A stretch of 61,293 nucleotides of DNA, the filler included, from Sphacelaria rigidula (taxonomy: Eukaryota), in the NCBI GenBank assembly GCA_964200075.2. It is 7 parts of 7 records of this genome, joined end to end, with 100 filler letters (N's around TTAATTAATTAA, not from the genome) between each part and the next. Parts side by side here need not be neighbours in the genome. Positions count along the whole stretch, not along the records: positions 1 to 8,671 come from CAXNAA020010434.1; positions 8,772 to 17,442 come from CAXNAA020010435.1; 5 more parts are not named here. The stretch is one strand, 5' to 3'. The translations under genes and the position numbers were made by a program. Position 1 is the stretch's first letter. Every line of letters begins with the position of its first letter. Below are positions 1 to 11,036 of the stretch, piece after piece. The notes under the pieces were generated by a model. That model had not been told where the DNA came from. It saw only the letters and a list, made by a program, of their open reading frames with translations, and did not search any database.

Positions 1-58
1 CCCCCCAACTCAACCATCAGAAGGTTACGAGGTTACCAACTGAGCCACCGGGGCGACC
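1..58 (-). mobile_element. tRNA-derived SINE head (truncated by window edge)
   Basis: The reverse complement GGTCGCCCCGGTGGCTCAGTTGGTAACCTCG contains a Pol III A-box (TGGCTCAGTTGG) and closely matches 28020-28073. Confidence 0.55.
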
Positions 59-430
59 AGTGAAGGCGTGGGTGCTGAAATGGCGGTATACCTCGCATAT
101 GAGTCCACATAGCTTTTGAAAACCCCGTGGTCCGCAGTCTACCAAAATCCCTCAATCGATCATGCTTTTGTTTATGGAGGTTTTTGCTTGATAGTTATTA
201 GAAGCACAAAATATTGACGTGATGAACAACAAATCAGGTAGCTCGAGGTGCAACCGGTCGCACTCCCAAGCACGAAATCGTGAGTTTTTTACCTACCCTA
301 TCATTGCAATTTCTCGACCGTTTTTTTTTGCCAGTACCATGCCCATGCTGTATGGAGTATATTGTATGTGCGCTATAAGGGCTGTACAGCACATTAACAG
401 CAATTGACACAACACGGAGTGACGAAACAC

Positions 431-602
431 CGTGAAGCGTCCTGTGTGGCACAAAATAATACCCTGCAGCCAAATCCCCGCGAGAAACACTGCACAGTTT
501 CCCTGAAACCCTGTGAAGCGTCATGTGGGGCGCACAAGAAAGAAGCTACAGCCAGATCCCCGCGAGAAACACCGCACAGTTTCCCTGAATCCTGTAGACG
601 TG
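431..602. repeat. Two diverged ~80-bp tandem units
   Basis: GTGAAGCGTC...CAGCCA(A/G)ATCCCCGCGAGAAACAC(T/C)GCACAGTTTCCCTGAA occurs twice. Confidence 0.75.
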
Positions 603-1504
603 CTCCACAGGGTGCGTTTTGTCCACGTGTGGGCCCAGGCCAGCCCACTCCGGTTTCACCGCCGCCATCCAAGACCGCACCGTCACAAACACCGAAGTAA
701 ATTGAAATTGGAAGCGCCCTGGACACAGGGCAATCTATATTTCGAATATCTCAAAAACAATGTTCCATACAATGCAAACACAATTCCATTCGCACGCTAT
801 GGGCCAAAACGGTGGACACCACTACCAGAGTCACGGTAGGAACCAGCGCCCGGAGACAGCTGGTTTTTCATCCAAATTCGGAATCACCAATATTAGTTTC
901 AATGCTACTATGGGTCATCTGCCCAATTGAGGTATTCTCTTGGAATTTTCAAATGTATGGAACTCGAAAATATCAGAATCGTGACGCGGATAACCGTAGA
1001 TGCGTCCCGGAGACACTTTGTTACCTCGAGTAGTGGGATGGGCCTCTACGTCATTATTTTGCCGCATTGGCCCCAGTTTTTCCGAACATCCTTCACCTTC
1101 CATGAGGAGGGCAAAATTATTTCCGTGTTATCCTATATAGCGAACCACACGCAGCCATTCGGCTACCCCCAAAAATCCCTCCATACGATGGTTGGGACAC
1201 CTCTAGAGGAATTGAACATCGCTGAAGGAAATAGTGACTTTTATAGGGGTTTCATTTTAACAACGTTTCCGTGAGATTGAGAGTAACAAATCGGATTGAG
1301 AGTCAACAATTGATTCTAAAGACGGTCACATCCACATTTCAAACTGTTGCACAACACGTTGTCTTGTAGCATAATAAGAGGCTAGTTGATCCTTGGACCA
1401 GTAGACCTGAAGAAATGTCTGTAAGCAATGGTTGACAGGGATGACTACTCGATTTTAGACTTGAGAAAGTTCTGAAAAACTTTATGGGTTGGGGCAGGAG
1501 AGTA

Positions 1505-2060
1505 GTGGATCCAGCTTGTCCAGAACGTGTTTTTGTTGAAATCGGCGCCTGCCGCGACGATATGACGTCTGCCGACGCACACTTTGCCTGGGGAAATCAA
1601 TGCACCTTTCTCACCCGAGGGTCTCATGCGCCTTGGGTCGGGGTTAGGGTTAGGGTCAGTGTTAGTGTTAGTTTGTAACATTCCATGATGTTCCCCATCG
1701 ACGATTATCTACGAACATTTTCTTTAGGGTCCCTCCCTTGGACCGCGAGGGTAGGTCGTTTGCAGAATCGACACCAATTTTCACTTGAAAAAAGTATGCG
1801 TGGTCCAGATGAACTACCCTCACCGCGATGCAAGGGTTAACCGTCGTTAGGCTACGTTTGAGACTTGTTGACACGACTTTACAAGTATCGCTATCCCTAA
1901 CCCTAATCCCAACCCAACGAATAGGGTGGAACATACATTTCCTACACAAAGTGCGGCCTTGGTAGACTCCAAATCGGCGCCTGTGGCGCCGATTTCAACG
2001 GAAACGCGTTCTGTGCACGCGAGGAGCACAAGGGATTGTCAGCCCCACTAAAGTTCCGCT
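1505..2060. mobile_element. Inverted pair of TTAGGG-containing repeat modules (foldback/MITE-like)
   Basis: Left arm has GTTGAAATCGGCGCC...GGGTTAGGGTTAGGG; right arm has CCCTAACCCTAATCCC...GGCGCCGATTTCAAC. Same family as 37141-37951. Confidence 0.6.
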
Positions 2061-2658
2061 TCTCGTCGCTCACGCTCAGACCGAGAAATATCAACCATTT
2101 TCAAACGTAGCCCATCGCCGGGTAAACTCTGCTGAAATGAATTGTCAGCGGATGCCCCCAAAATGGGGTTCACGAGCCCGAGACGAAAGAGCATCAAGGC
2201 TGAATGCACCGGTTCATGACTCGCGTGTGATGTTTCGTCTTTTCATGTCGAGAAAAAGCACAACATGTCGTGGGTCAGAGTAGTTCGAGTTCATTATCGC
2301 ATGAGACTGTTGACATCTTCGCAGTCTAAAACGTAGGTCCCAGCCGTTAAGTTCCGGCTCGAATCTTTCCTTAGTCTGAGATTCGAAATAATTCTACCGC
2401 CGTACACCTGCACCAGCCACCTGGCAACAACATGCCGTTTGTGCGTGCAAGCATTTTATAATATATAGCCCAACGACAACTCGGAAAATCATCGGAAACA
2501 ATGAAAATCCAATCCTTGTGGTCCGGAGCGCAAATTGTTTCTCTATCCTCTATGAAAGGAAAAACTGACGACGGTGACCGTTCGATTCTTTGGAATGGTA
2601 CCCGACCGGTGGAATACCCTCTCATTGTACATAATAATCGGAATAACTTCGTCATGAC

Positions 2659-4690
2659 GTGGTGATTTCACGATTCAACTTCGATATACTCAACGATCAG
2701 TTGTTGGGTTATGCTCAAGCGCCTCTCATACGAACCGCCCTGTCAGATATGTGCCCCCCTGCGGACAACAATTCGCCGACCGACCCCCCGAAATCCACGC
2801 CCCCCCCTCCGCTACACATGCCTGACCCCATGGTGGTGACAAATTCACCAGATGCGCCTGACCCCCAACCCCCAACTGCACTACTGGATAGATTTTCTTC
2901 AGAACAACGCGTCAGTTTTCAAAAGTTGTGGGATGACATTACCTCTCATTTACGGCATATTGTTTTTCATCTATCTGGCAATGGTTAGAAACCCACTGTA
3001 ATCGATAGATTGAGATCCATCTTGATTAGATATTCTGAACGGTTTTGTACTGCACTCTTGGATTTAGGCCGATGTACCACGACACCGTTTAAGATCAAGA
3101 TTCCCGATGGCACTCCGCCTATCGCTATGCGTCCGTACCGTACGAACCCCTTCTTGGCGGATAAGATCCAGGTAATTCTCGATGGTTACTTATCTGCCGG
3201 TTCGATTCGGCACTCGACGTCTCCGTGGGCCTCGTCTTTAGTAGTCGTCCGTAAGAAGAATGGCAAAATCAGACTGATGTTCAATTATCAACGATTGAAT
3301 GCTGTCACCAAACTCGTCCGGCTGCCACTTCCACGGATTGATGAAATTATTGATTCTCTTGGCGGGGGTGAAGTATCTTCGAACTTTGACATGCATTCCG
3401 GCTACCACCAGCTCGTGATGGATCCAAATTCCATTGAACTGACAGCGTTTTGCACGCCATCAGGTTTTTACGAGTGGCTGGTTACACCACAAGGTGCCGC
3501 CGGAGCCCCAGGTGCGTTTCAACGTGTAATGTTCCGTGTAAGTGATGGATTGCCCAAATGCCACATGTACCTTGATGATGCAGTGTGCCACGACTCCACA
3601 CCGGCTGAACACGTCGATCAGTTGGCATCATTCTTCAATCGGTTTGAACAACACAACTTGAAACTCGCACCCTCCAAATCCCGCATTGGCGCCACGAAGA
3701 TTGAGTTCTGGGGTCATTACATCACCCCCGAAGGTCGTAGCCCAAACCTCGACAAGGTCGCCGCACTCTCCGATATGCCCATGCCACGGGACATTTCTCA
3801 ACTGCGTTCCTTGTTGGGAGTTCTAAGCTACTACAGACAGTACTTGTCAAACCTTGCCCAAACGCTGAAACCCCTCACCACCCTCCTCAAAAAAGGGGTG
3901 AAATTTGTGTTCACATTGGATCGAAAAAACCGTCCGCCGTCTTCTTGACACCCTTTCACGCCCGCCGATTCTCGTCTTCCCCGACTGGTCGGCCGCGGAA
4001 CAGGGTTCCCGCCCTTTACGGCTCCACACAGATTCTTCCAAAATTGGGTTCGGCTGCACATTATAACAGGAGCAAGTCGATGCTACTGTTCGTCCCATTG
4101 TCTGTCTGAGTCGCACCACTTTTCCGAATGAACAGAATTGGTCTGTCATGGAACAAGAGGCCAGCGCAGTTGTTTGAGGCGTGCGACGTCTGCGTCAGTA
4201 TTTATATGACATCCCGTTTGTGATTTATACCGACCATAAGTCTTTGGAAAGCCTTGCCAAAATGGCGGAACACAACGCTAGGGCCCAACGCTGGTTCGAA
4301 ATCCTGTCGTCTTACAACTTACAACTGAAGTACCGCACAGGTCTCCAGAATGCAGACGCCGACTTTCTGTCACGCTTGCCCACACCAGCTTAACCTATCG
4401 ATGAATCCCTTATGGGACGTATCACCGACCCCACCGAAGATATTGTATATTTCATAAGCAGGAATGGACATAGAGAGGTCTCTACACATCACTTTCACTG
4501 AGAGAAGCGCCGGCTTTAGGCATGGGTGGGCTGACGACCACAGCCCACGCATCAGTTCTAGGCAGCTTGCAACCTCAATCGTTGTACTCAGTTTGGAATG
4601 GACTGTCTACGAATACTGTTGACTATGACTATTTTCGTGCAACTGGCCAGCGCATGGTTTTCGCAGCAGGTGTAGAACCGTCCTTTGCTG
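2659..4690 (+). mobile_element. Degenerate Ty3/Gypsy pol (pre-RT region, RT, RNase H)
   Basis: ORF 3010-3948 has PYRTNP, STSPWAS, RL-F-YQRLN, MPQG-like TPQG and YLDD. After a frameshift, RNase H motifs follow (LHTDSSKIGFG, RPIVCLSR, YTDHKSL, NADADFLSRLP). Several stops and frameshifts. Confidence 0.92.
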
Positions 4691-7600
4691 CCCCACGACC
4701 TTTTCTTACACATAGACCCCAGCGCTGAGTAGGAGATTCAGCCCTTACGCTAGCGATTAGGCTACGCTCCGCACAGGCAACTTCAGGGTTTATTCAGACA
4801 TAAAAAATGGACTCCGGAAATCAAGTAGACAACATTATGACCAAGATACAAGATGCCGACCCAGACGCGGTGAGGGAGATACTAACAGGATACGTCCAGG
4901 AGCAAGAGAAACAGAAACAAGAACTGCGACAACAAAGTCAAGCACAGGAAGAGGATCCAAGACTGGCAGCGCGCGCGTCAGCAACAAGAGCTACGCCCCC
5001 CCAGCAACGATTCCAACCTACGACTACTACAGCAGCATTTCAAGACGTTCGAGACGCACCCCTGCATACACAGGGTCAAGCCCAGATGGTACAGTCTGGC
5101 ATTTTGAGGGTACGTTCGCATAACAGTATTGCAGCGTGGGATGGTACGGCAAAGAGTGGTGAGGATGTAAGAGAAAAGTTCATGGTTTTTAAGCTACAGA
5201 TGACAGCGTACTTTAAGCAAGAGTTCTGCGAAGAGGCTCTTTACACATCTTTTCCAATTAGGGTACATTACGATAGTGAGCGGGATTTGATCGAGAGGTA
5301 CGGAACCGAGTTGGTAGGAAAAGCCACCAGAGCATGGACTATCCTTGTCGAAAAAATTATTTTTAATCCGCTTGTGCAACAGTTAGTAAGACTGGGAAAC
5401 CCCAGCGAGGCATGGAAATACGTTGTGGACTACTACACCGTATCCCCAACCACCGAAAGGGCACAATTGGACCATGCATGGCAGACCCTTGACATGAACT
5501 TGGGAGAGGACCCCCGTTTGTATCTAGATAGAGCAAAACTGATACGGTACAAACGTACTAAGCTTGGAGTAGTGATGTCAGATGCAGATGCGAATCGGCA
5601 CTACATTCGCCGCCTCTCAAGTGACTTCGACATCGTCCATGGTGTATTGCTTGCTTTTGATGAAGTAACTACAGATACCCTGGAGCGCAAGGTGATGACG
5701 GCGCATGGTGAGATGGAACTGGCCAGGTGTAGGGCAGGAAGGAATCAGGATGGTGTACAAGGCCACGCGCTCGTCGCTACCACTGGGGGTGGCAGAGGTG
5801 GGGGCGTGTTGCAAAATGGAAGACAACAGGGCGGTGAGAGACGTCGACAACAGGGTGATGTTTTTGTCATTTCCACAGTACGAGCCATCACGATGACTCT
5901 GACTGTTACGCACAACGAAACATGCACGCACAAGAAAGTCGTGGTGATCGTGGTGCGTGAAATGGTGTTCGCCAGCAGCAATACCAGAGTACAGACAGTT
6001 TTGGGGGACGAGTTGGAAGTGGACGCGGTAGGATTCTCACCCAGTCACCGCAGCTCACTCAGCAACAACAGCAGCAACAACGCCAGCAACCCCAGCAGCA
6101 TCAGTAGCAAGCGAGACGTGGAGGACGGGGCGCAAGACGTGGATTTGGTCACAGGTACGATGCTTCGGGGCGCGGGGGTGGGAATGCTTACCCCGGCAGC
6201 CAACTTCCGTATTATAACCCGCCACAAGGTGGCTATGACTATTCAGCTTATCCTGATGGTCTATACCGCCCTGTGGGTAATGAACCCCCAATTCACCACG
6301 CCGACCCCCGTAAACGATGCATCACATGCGACGAACTGGGCCACATGCATACTTTTTGCCCATGGTGTAGAGTGGTGACGCCGCAAGTCGATTCAGGGGT
6401 ACGTCATGCGCATCCTACCTAAAAACAACCTCGTCACGGAGGACAGCAGCCCCCCCCTTGGAATCATTCCTACGGATCGGTCAACACCGTGCAACTTTAC
6501 GGTGACCAAGGGGGGAACGAAGAGAGCAGCCACGACGAACAACAGTGGAATGGAACGGATGAAGACGGGTGGGTGTTGGAAGACAGCAGCGACTTCAGCG
6601 GTGCAGGTTATGCGCACTGTATCCAGTTTCCCCGCAACCCTCCGCAATTCTCCGCAGCTGCCATCAACAACTAGATCCAGTCATCACCGCAGCAAGTTGA
6701 ACTTCAACTTCAACACCATCATCAACTGCAGCAGCAACAACAACCTCATCATGCCCAACCTGATTCCAACATGTCTTCCTCCGGTTCAGCTGCATCCCCT
6801 GCGCCGCTTCACCTGTGCATGGCACATTCTGTGTCCCGTGGTGAGTCACGTTTTGAGTTGGGTGATTTTACTTTGGGAGTTGCTTTGCTTAACCAGAGTG
6901 GGTCGGGGGTTGATGTGGATGATGGTACAGAGGAAAGAATAAGTGACAATGGTGCTTCACACCACACCACTGGTTCAGTGGCTGGTATGTTTGATTGACG
7001 CCCACCCCCGAAAGGAAATGAACACGTGATAGTGGGGAACGGAACAATTCTCCCTGTCAGACCAGTAGGGAGTTTAAAGCTCAAATTCCACATGGGAAAT
7101 TCCACCGCCCCGACATCTGTCGGTGCGTCATCAGAATTTTTCGTGCAACTGACTGACGTTTACGTACTTAAAGGAATACACTTCAACCTTTTTTCTCTGC
7201 ACCAAGTGCAGAAGAAGCATGATGTACTCTTAACTGAAACAGGAGTACATATGTTTGACGGTAGGCTTCGCTTCGATCGCAATGAGCGGTCTTCGTCACA
7301 AAGGGCCACACGTTTACCGTCAACATATGAGAACCCCCCACTTGCCGTACCAGCTGTAAGTGTTGTCACTGCCCCTCCCCCCAGTGTTGGTGTACAGTCC
7401 GCTTTACCAGCTGCAAGCGTTGTAACTGCCCCTCCCCCAAGCGTTCGTGTCCAGTCCGTTCCTCCGGCGAACGTGGTAACTCCGAGTGTTGGTTTTCAGT
7501 CAGCTTCACCGGCAAGCTTTGTACCTGCTCCCACGAATGGTGTTGGTTCTCTCCGTGCAGTACAAGGGCTTCACTGTCCAGACTTAGGTGTTTTCAAGGA

Positions 7601-8671
7601 TGAAGCCCTGATGGCTGGATTCGACACGACCCCCCCCCAGGATTTTTTTCCGCGTTTCATGAGTGAAGGAATGGGAGTTGTGTCTAAAAACGGGATTGCC
7701 CTTGCTATTCTTGCCCCCAGCCCTCACCCATTTTCAGTTGGGAAACCAAAGAAAGAAGTCGACATTAATTTTTTTCACGTTTCCCTCCCCCACCTTCATG
7801 AGACGTCACTCAGAGAAACTGCAAAACAACACGACATTTTATTGATGGGGGTACTAGCTCCATGTGCTGGGTGCTTGGAAGCGAAGGGGCAGAGAGCAGG
7901 TATTCCGAGAAGCCTGGGAACGAGGGCGACGACTGTACTAGGCAGGGTGCATCTCGACCTCACCGGTCCACACCCGCGTACTTTGGGCGCTTCAACCCGT
8001 ATGCTGGACTGCGTCGACAGCAAGTCGCGCTTCATGATGTTTTATGGCCTCGCACGCAAGTCGGACACGCTGGCCAAGGTGAAACGTTTCATCGCCGACG
8101 TCAGCGCCATCGGTACCCCGGTTGTTTTCGTATGGACAACGGGGGCGAATCCACCTCCCACGATTTCGGTGCCTTCTGCGACGATGCAACGATTCGTAGT
8201 GAATACACTGCCCCAGACACCCCCGAGCAAAACGCTGTCGTGGAAAATGCAATTTGGAGGGTGATGAAGGGCGGTCACGCTGCCCGTCTCGAAGCGCGAC
8301 GTCTGTTACCGGAGTGCCGCTTCGACGACATACCTCACCTGGGGGAGAACATGGAGCGCCTGTGGCTGGAGGCCGCGGTGTGGGCAGCGGGCGGGTTCAA
8401 TCGTTCCGCTACTACGGCGAACCCGGCAAGACTGTCGCCGTATGAAGTGTTCACCGGCAAGCGCCCGCCGCTACAGATTGTGCCGTTTCTGCAACCCAGC
8501 ATGATACGAGTCAACCGCCGAGGCAAGATGGATGCTCACTCCGTGGCCTGCCACTACCTCAATAATGGCAGTAACTATTCTTCATCGACGGTCAAGGTCC
8601 TGAAGGCTGCTACCGGTGCCGTCTGCTACACCAACAACGTTGTCTGAACGGTACCGCGTGTGGCACTGCAG
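4691..8671 (+). mobile_element. Degenerate Ty1/Copia internal region (gag, protease, GAG-pre-integrase, integrase), 3' cut by contig end
   Basis: gag ORF from 4807; Zn knuckles at 5865-5906 and 6318-6359; protease ISDNGASHHTTG (~6940-6975); HVSLPHLH...CAGC; integrase RVHLDLTGP...RMDNGGE...TPEQNAVVE. Integrase directly after protease is the Copia domain order. Confidence 0.9.
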
Positions 8672-8771
8672 NNNNNNNNNNNNNNNNNNNNNNNNNNNNN
8701 NNNNNNNNNNNNNNNTTAATTAATTAANNNNNNNNNNNNNNNNNNNNNNNNNNNNNNNNNNNNNNNNNNNN
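8672..8771. other. Artificial contig linker N44-TTAATTAATTAA-N44
   Basis: Identical 100-bp linker also at 17443-17542, 26214-26313, 34984-35083, 43754-43853 and 52524-52623; the 12-mer puts stops in all six frames. Confidence 0.97.
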
Positions 8772-8832
8772 CCCGTCTCTTCATCGAGATATACCATGTC
8801 CTCGATGATGATATCATCCTCGCTGAATCGCA

Positions 8833-9057
8833 TCAGGACAGCAGGGGAGACAGTACACATCCTTGTCGCAGTCCCTGTGTGACTTCAAACCACTCCGAGA
8901 GCTCCCCGTCGTCCATGCGTACGCGGGCCTGCATACCGTCGTGGAATTGGCGGATAGCTGCTATCATCTCATCCGGAATACCAGTTCGGGCCAGTACCTG
9001 CCACAGAAGCTCTCGGTCGACCGAGTCATATGCCTTCTGGAGGTCGACGAAGCACAT
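8833..9057 (-). mobile_element. Non-LTR (LINE, RTE-like) reverse transcriptase fragment
   Basis: [19 protein letters not shown]...[12 protein letters not shown] are typical LINE RT motifs; fragment only. Confidence 0.9.
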
Positions 9058-9299
9058 ATACCATTGGATGAAAAGAAGGTTACCATGATCTACCCAGGAA
9101 TCATGAAATGATTCCCCCCTTTCCGCGCAACAGGTATTTCCGCGGCCAGCCGCCCAGAAATCGAAAAATACCGACGCCTGAAGATACCTCCAAGCCCGCT
9201 AAACGGCCGCTGCTTATTGCAAACAAACAAGAAAGTCCTGTAAACATTTTTTTTTGTCCTTCTTCATTGTTTTACGCCGCAGAAAAGAGCTCGGCGAAA

Positions 9300-10085
9300 T
9301 TGGACACCTTGGAATGACTTGCTCTACTCGTTAAAACGGTTCCAGGACATCTTTGTGTTTTCCGGTGGTGCAGTTTTTATTTTGACCAAACAAGTATTTT
9401 TGTCCAAGAACCGTAAAGAACGGTCAAATCTAGAAAAAAAATGTCATTTTTTCCTGGACTTGACCATCTCTGGGCAAAAATTCCGGTCTGGCCAAAACCA
9501 AAACTGCGACCACCGGAAAACGGGAAGACATCCTGGAACCGCCTCAACGAGTAGAGCAACTCATGCCAACGTGCCAAACTCCGGCTAGCTCTCATTGAGG
9601 GCGTAAAATGACGAAGGAGGACCAAAAGAGCGCTTTTGCGTGATTTTTTTCTGGTTTACTACAAGAATTGGCCTACTGTAAGGCAAACAAAAAAAATTGT
9701 AAAAAAAAAAGTATGGTCCTTCCTCGTCTTACGCCCTACAAGAGCGCTAGGCGGAGTCCGACACCTTGGAATGAGTTCCTCTACTCGTTGAGATGGTTCC
9801 AGGACATCTTCGCGTTTTTTTGGTGGCCGCAGTTTTTTGTCAGTTTGCTGTAAGCATATTTGTCTAACAACGGTCAAGAACGGTCAAATCTAGAAAAAAA
9901 CTGCCGTTTTCCCCTGAACTGGACCGTCTCTGGACAACAATACTTGTTGATCACAAAAAAAAACTGCGGCCACCGCAAAACGCGAAGATGTCCTGTAACA
10001 GTCGCAGCGAGTAGAGGAAGTAATTCCAAGATGTCAACTCCGCCTAGCTCTCTTTCAGGGCGTAAAACGACGAAGAAGGACCAAA
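9300..10085. repeat. Two tandem foldback (hairpin) units
   Basis: Units ~9300-9625 and ~9715-10082 are homologous, and each is internally inverted (GCTCTACTCGTT...CCAGGA versus TCCTGG...AACGAGTAGAGC). Confidence 0.75.
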
Positions 10086-11036
10086 AAAGCATTTTCACAG
10101 GATATTTTTTTGATCGCCATAAGGAGCGGCCAAAGGGGAACAAATATTTCAGACTTCATGTCCGAACTATCCATGCCTCTGCACATACATAATATACCTT
10201 GCTGTGCGTAAGCCGTAACAAATGTGCCCATTTTCTGTACTTACGTTTGTCGGCCCTGTTCAATATCGTTGATCTACGAACAAAAGCCAGACGCATGAGC
10301 GGGGAAAGTGCGGGGTATTCAATTATTCTAGCAAGGTTACTGGGAATGTTACTTGTGAGTGGAAAAAGCAAATTGTCCCCAGTTCCTATATTTTCATAAA
10401 TGTATTGCGGATCTTGCGACGCTGTAGATTTTGGATCGTAGGTTGTCGTGACATACTAGTGCTCTACGCCCTACTCCCTCACTCGTCTCCCTCACGTCTC
10501 TTCACCCAATTTCCTACCTGTGGATACTAATAATAAAGACTTACAACACATCATCATCTTCTGCCCAGTTACTGCAGGAGGGCAGTAATCTGATTGAGCA
10601 CACAGCAGGGGGCTGTTGTTGCTGCAAGGTCATCTGATCAACCCGATAATTCGAATAGGCCCCTCGGGATTACTCTGGCTGCGGTCCGCGAGTGTGGGGC
10701 GGAAGACGGTTGTGTGGAATCTTGTTCATCATGGTAAATCAAGCTCACACAAATGCCCTCACCACCAACACACGTATTACAAATGTCAAGTTGAGAGGCC
10801 TATATTGCCTACTAAGTGAACCCGTGATAAAGTGCATACTCTGCATGCAGCTTTTTTTTTTCTGTTCTTAAGATACATGAAATATTCAAGAATCCAAAAG
10901 ACCTGAGAGGTGCGTTTCGTCCTGCGCGAGAAAGCATTTCAAGCCCCGTCAGAAGCAAACGCTACGTTCGCAAGTACTCCGTTCATCCCGCAACAGTGTC
11001 GCCTCCCTTACAACCCCCACCGCAAAATCTCAACAG

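Noticed and set aside
1-58. tRNA gene
   Set aside because: Only an A-box-like head with no complete cloverleaf; it matches the SINE at 27722-28073.
720-1450. Possible decayed transposase next to the TTAGGG foldback
   Set aside because: The sequence looks coding-like, but no motif could be recognised with confidence.
8716-8727. TTAATTAATTAA as a regulatory or piggyBac target motif
   Set aside because: It is an assembly linker inside N runs.
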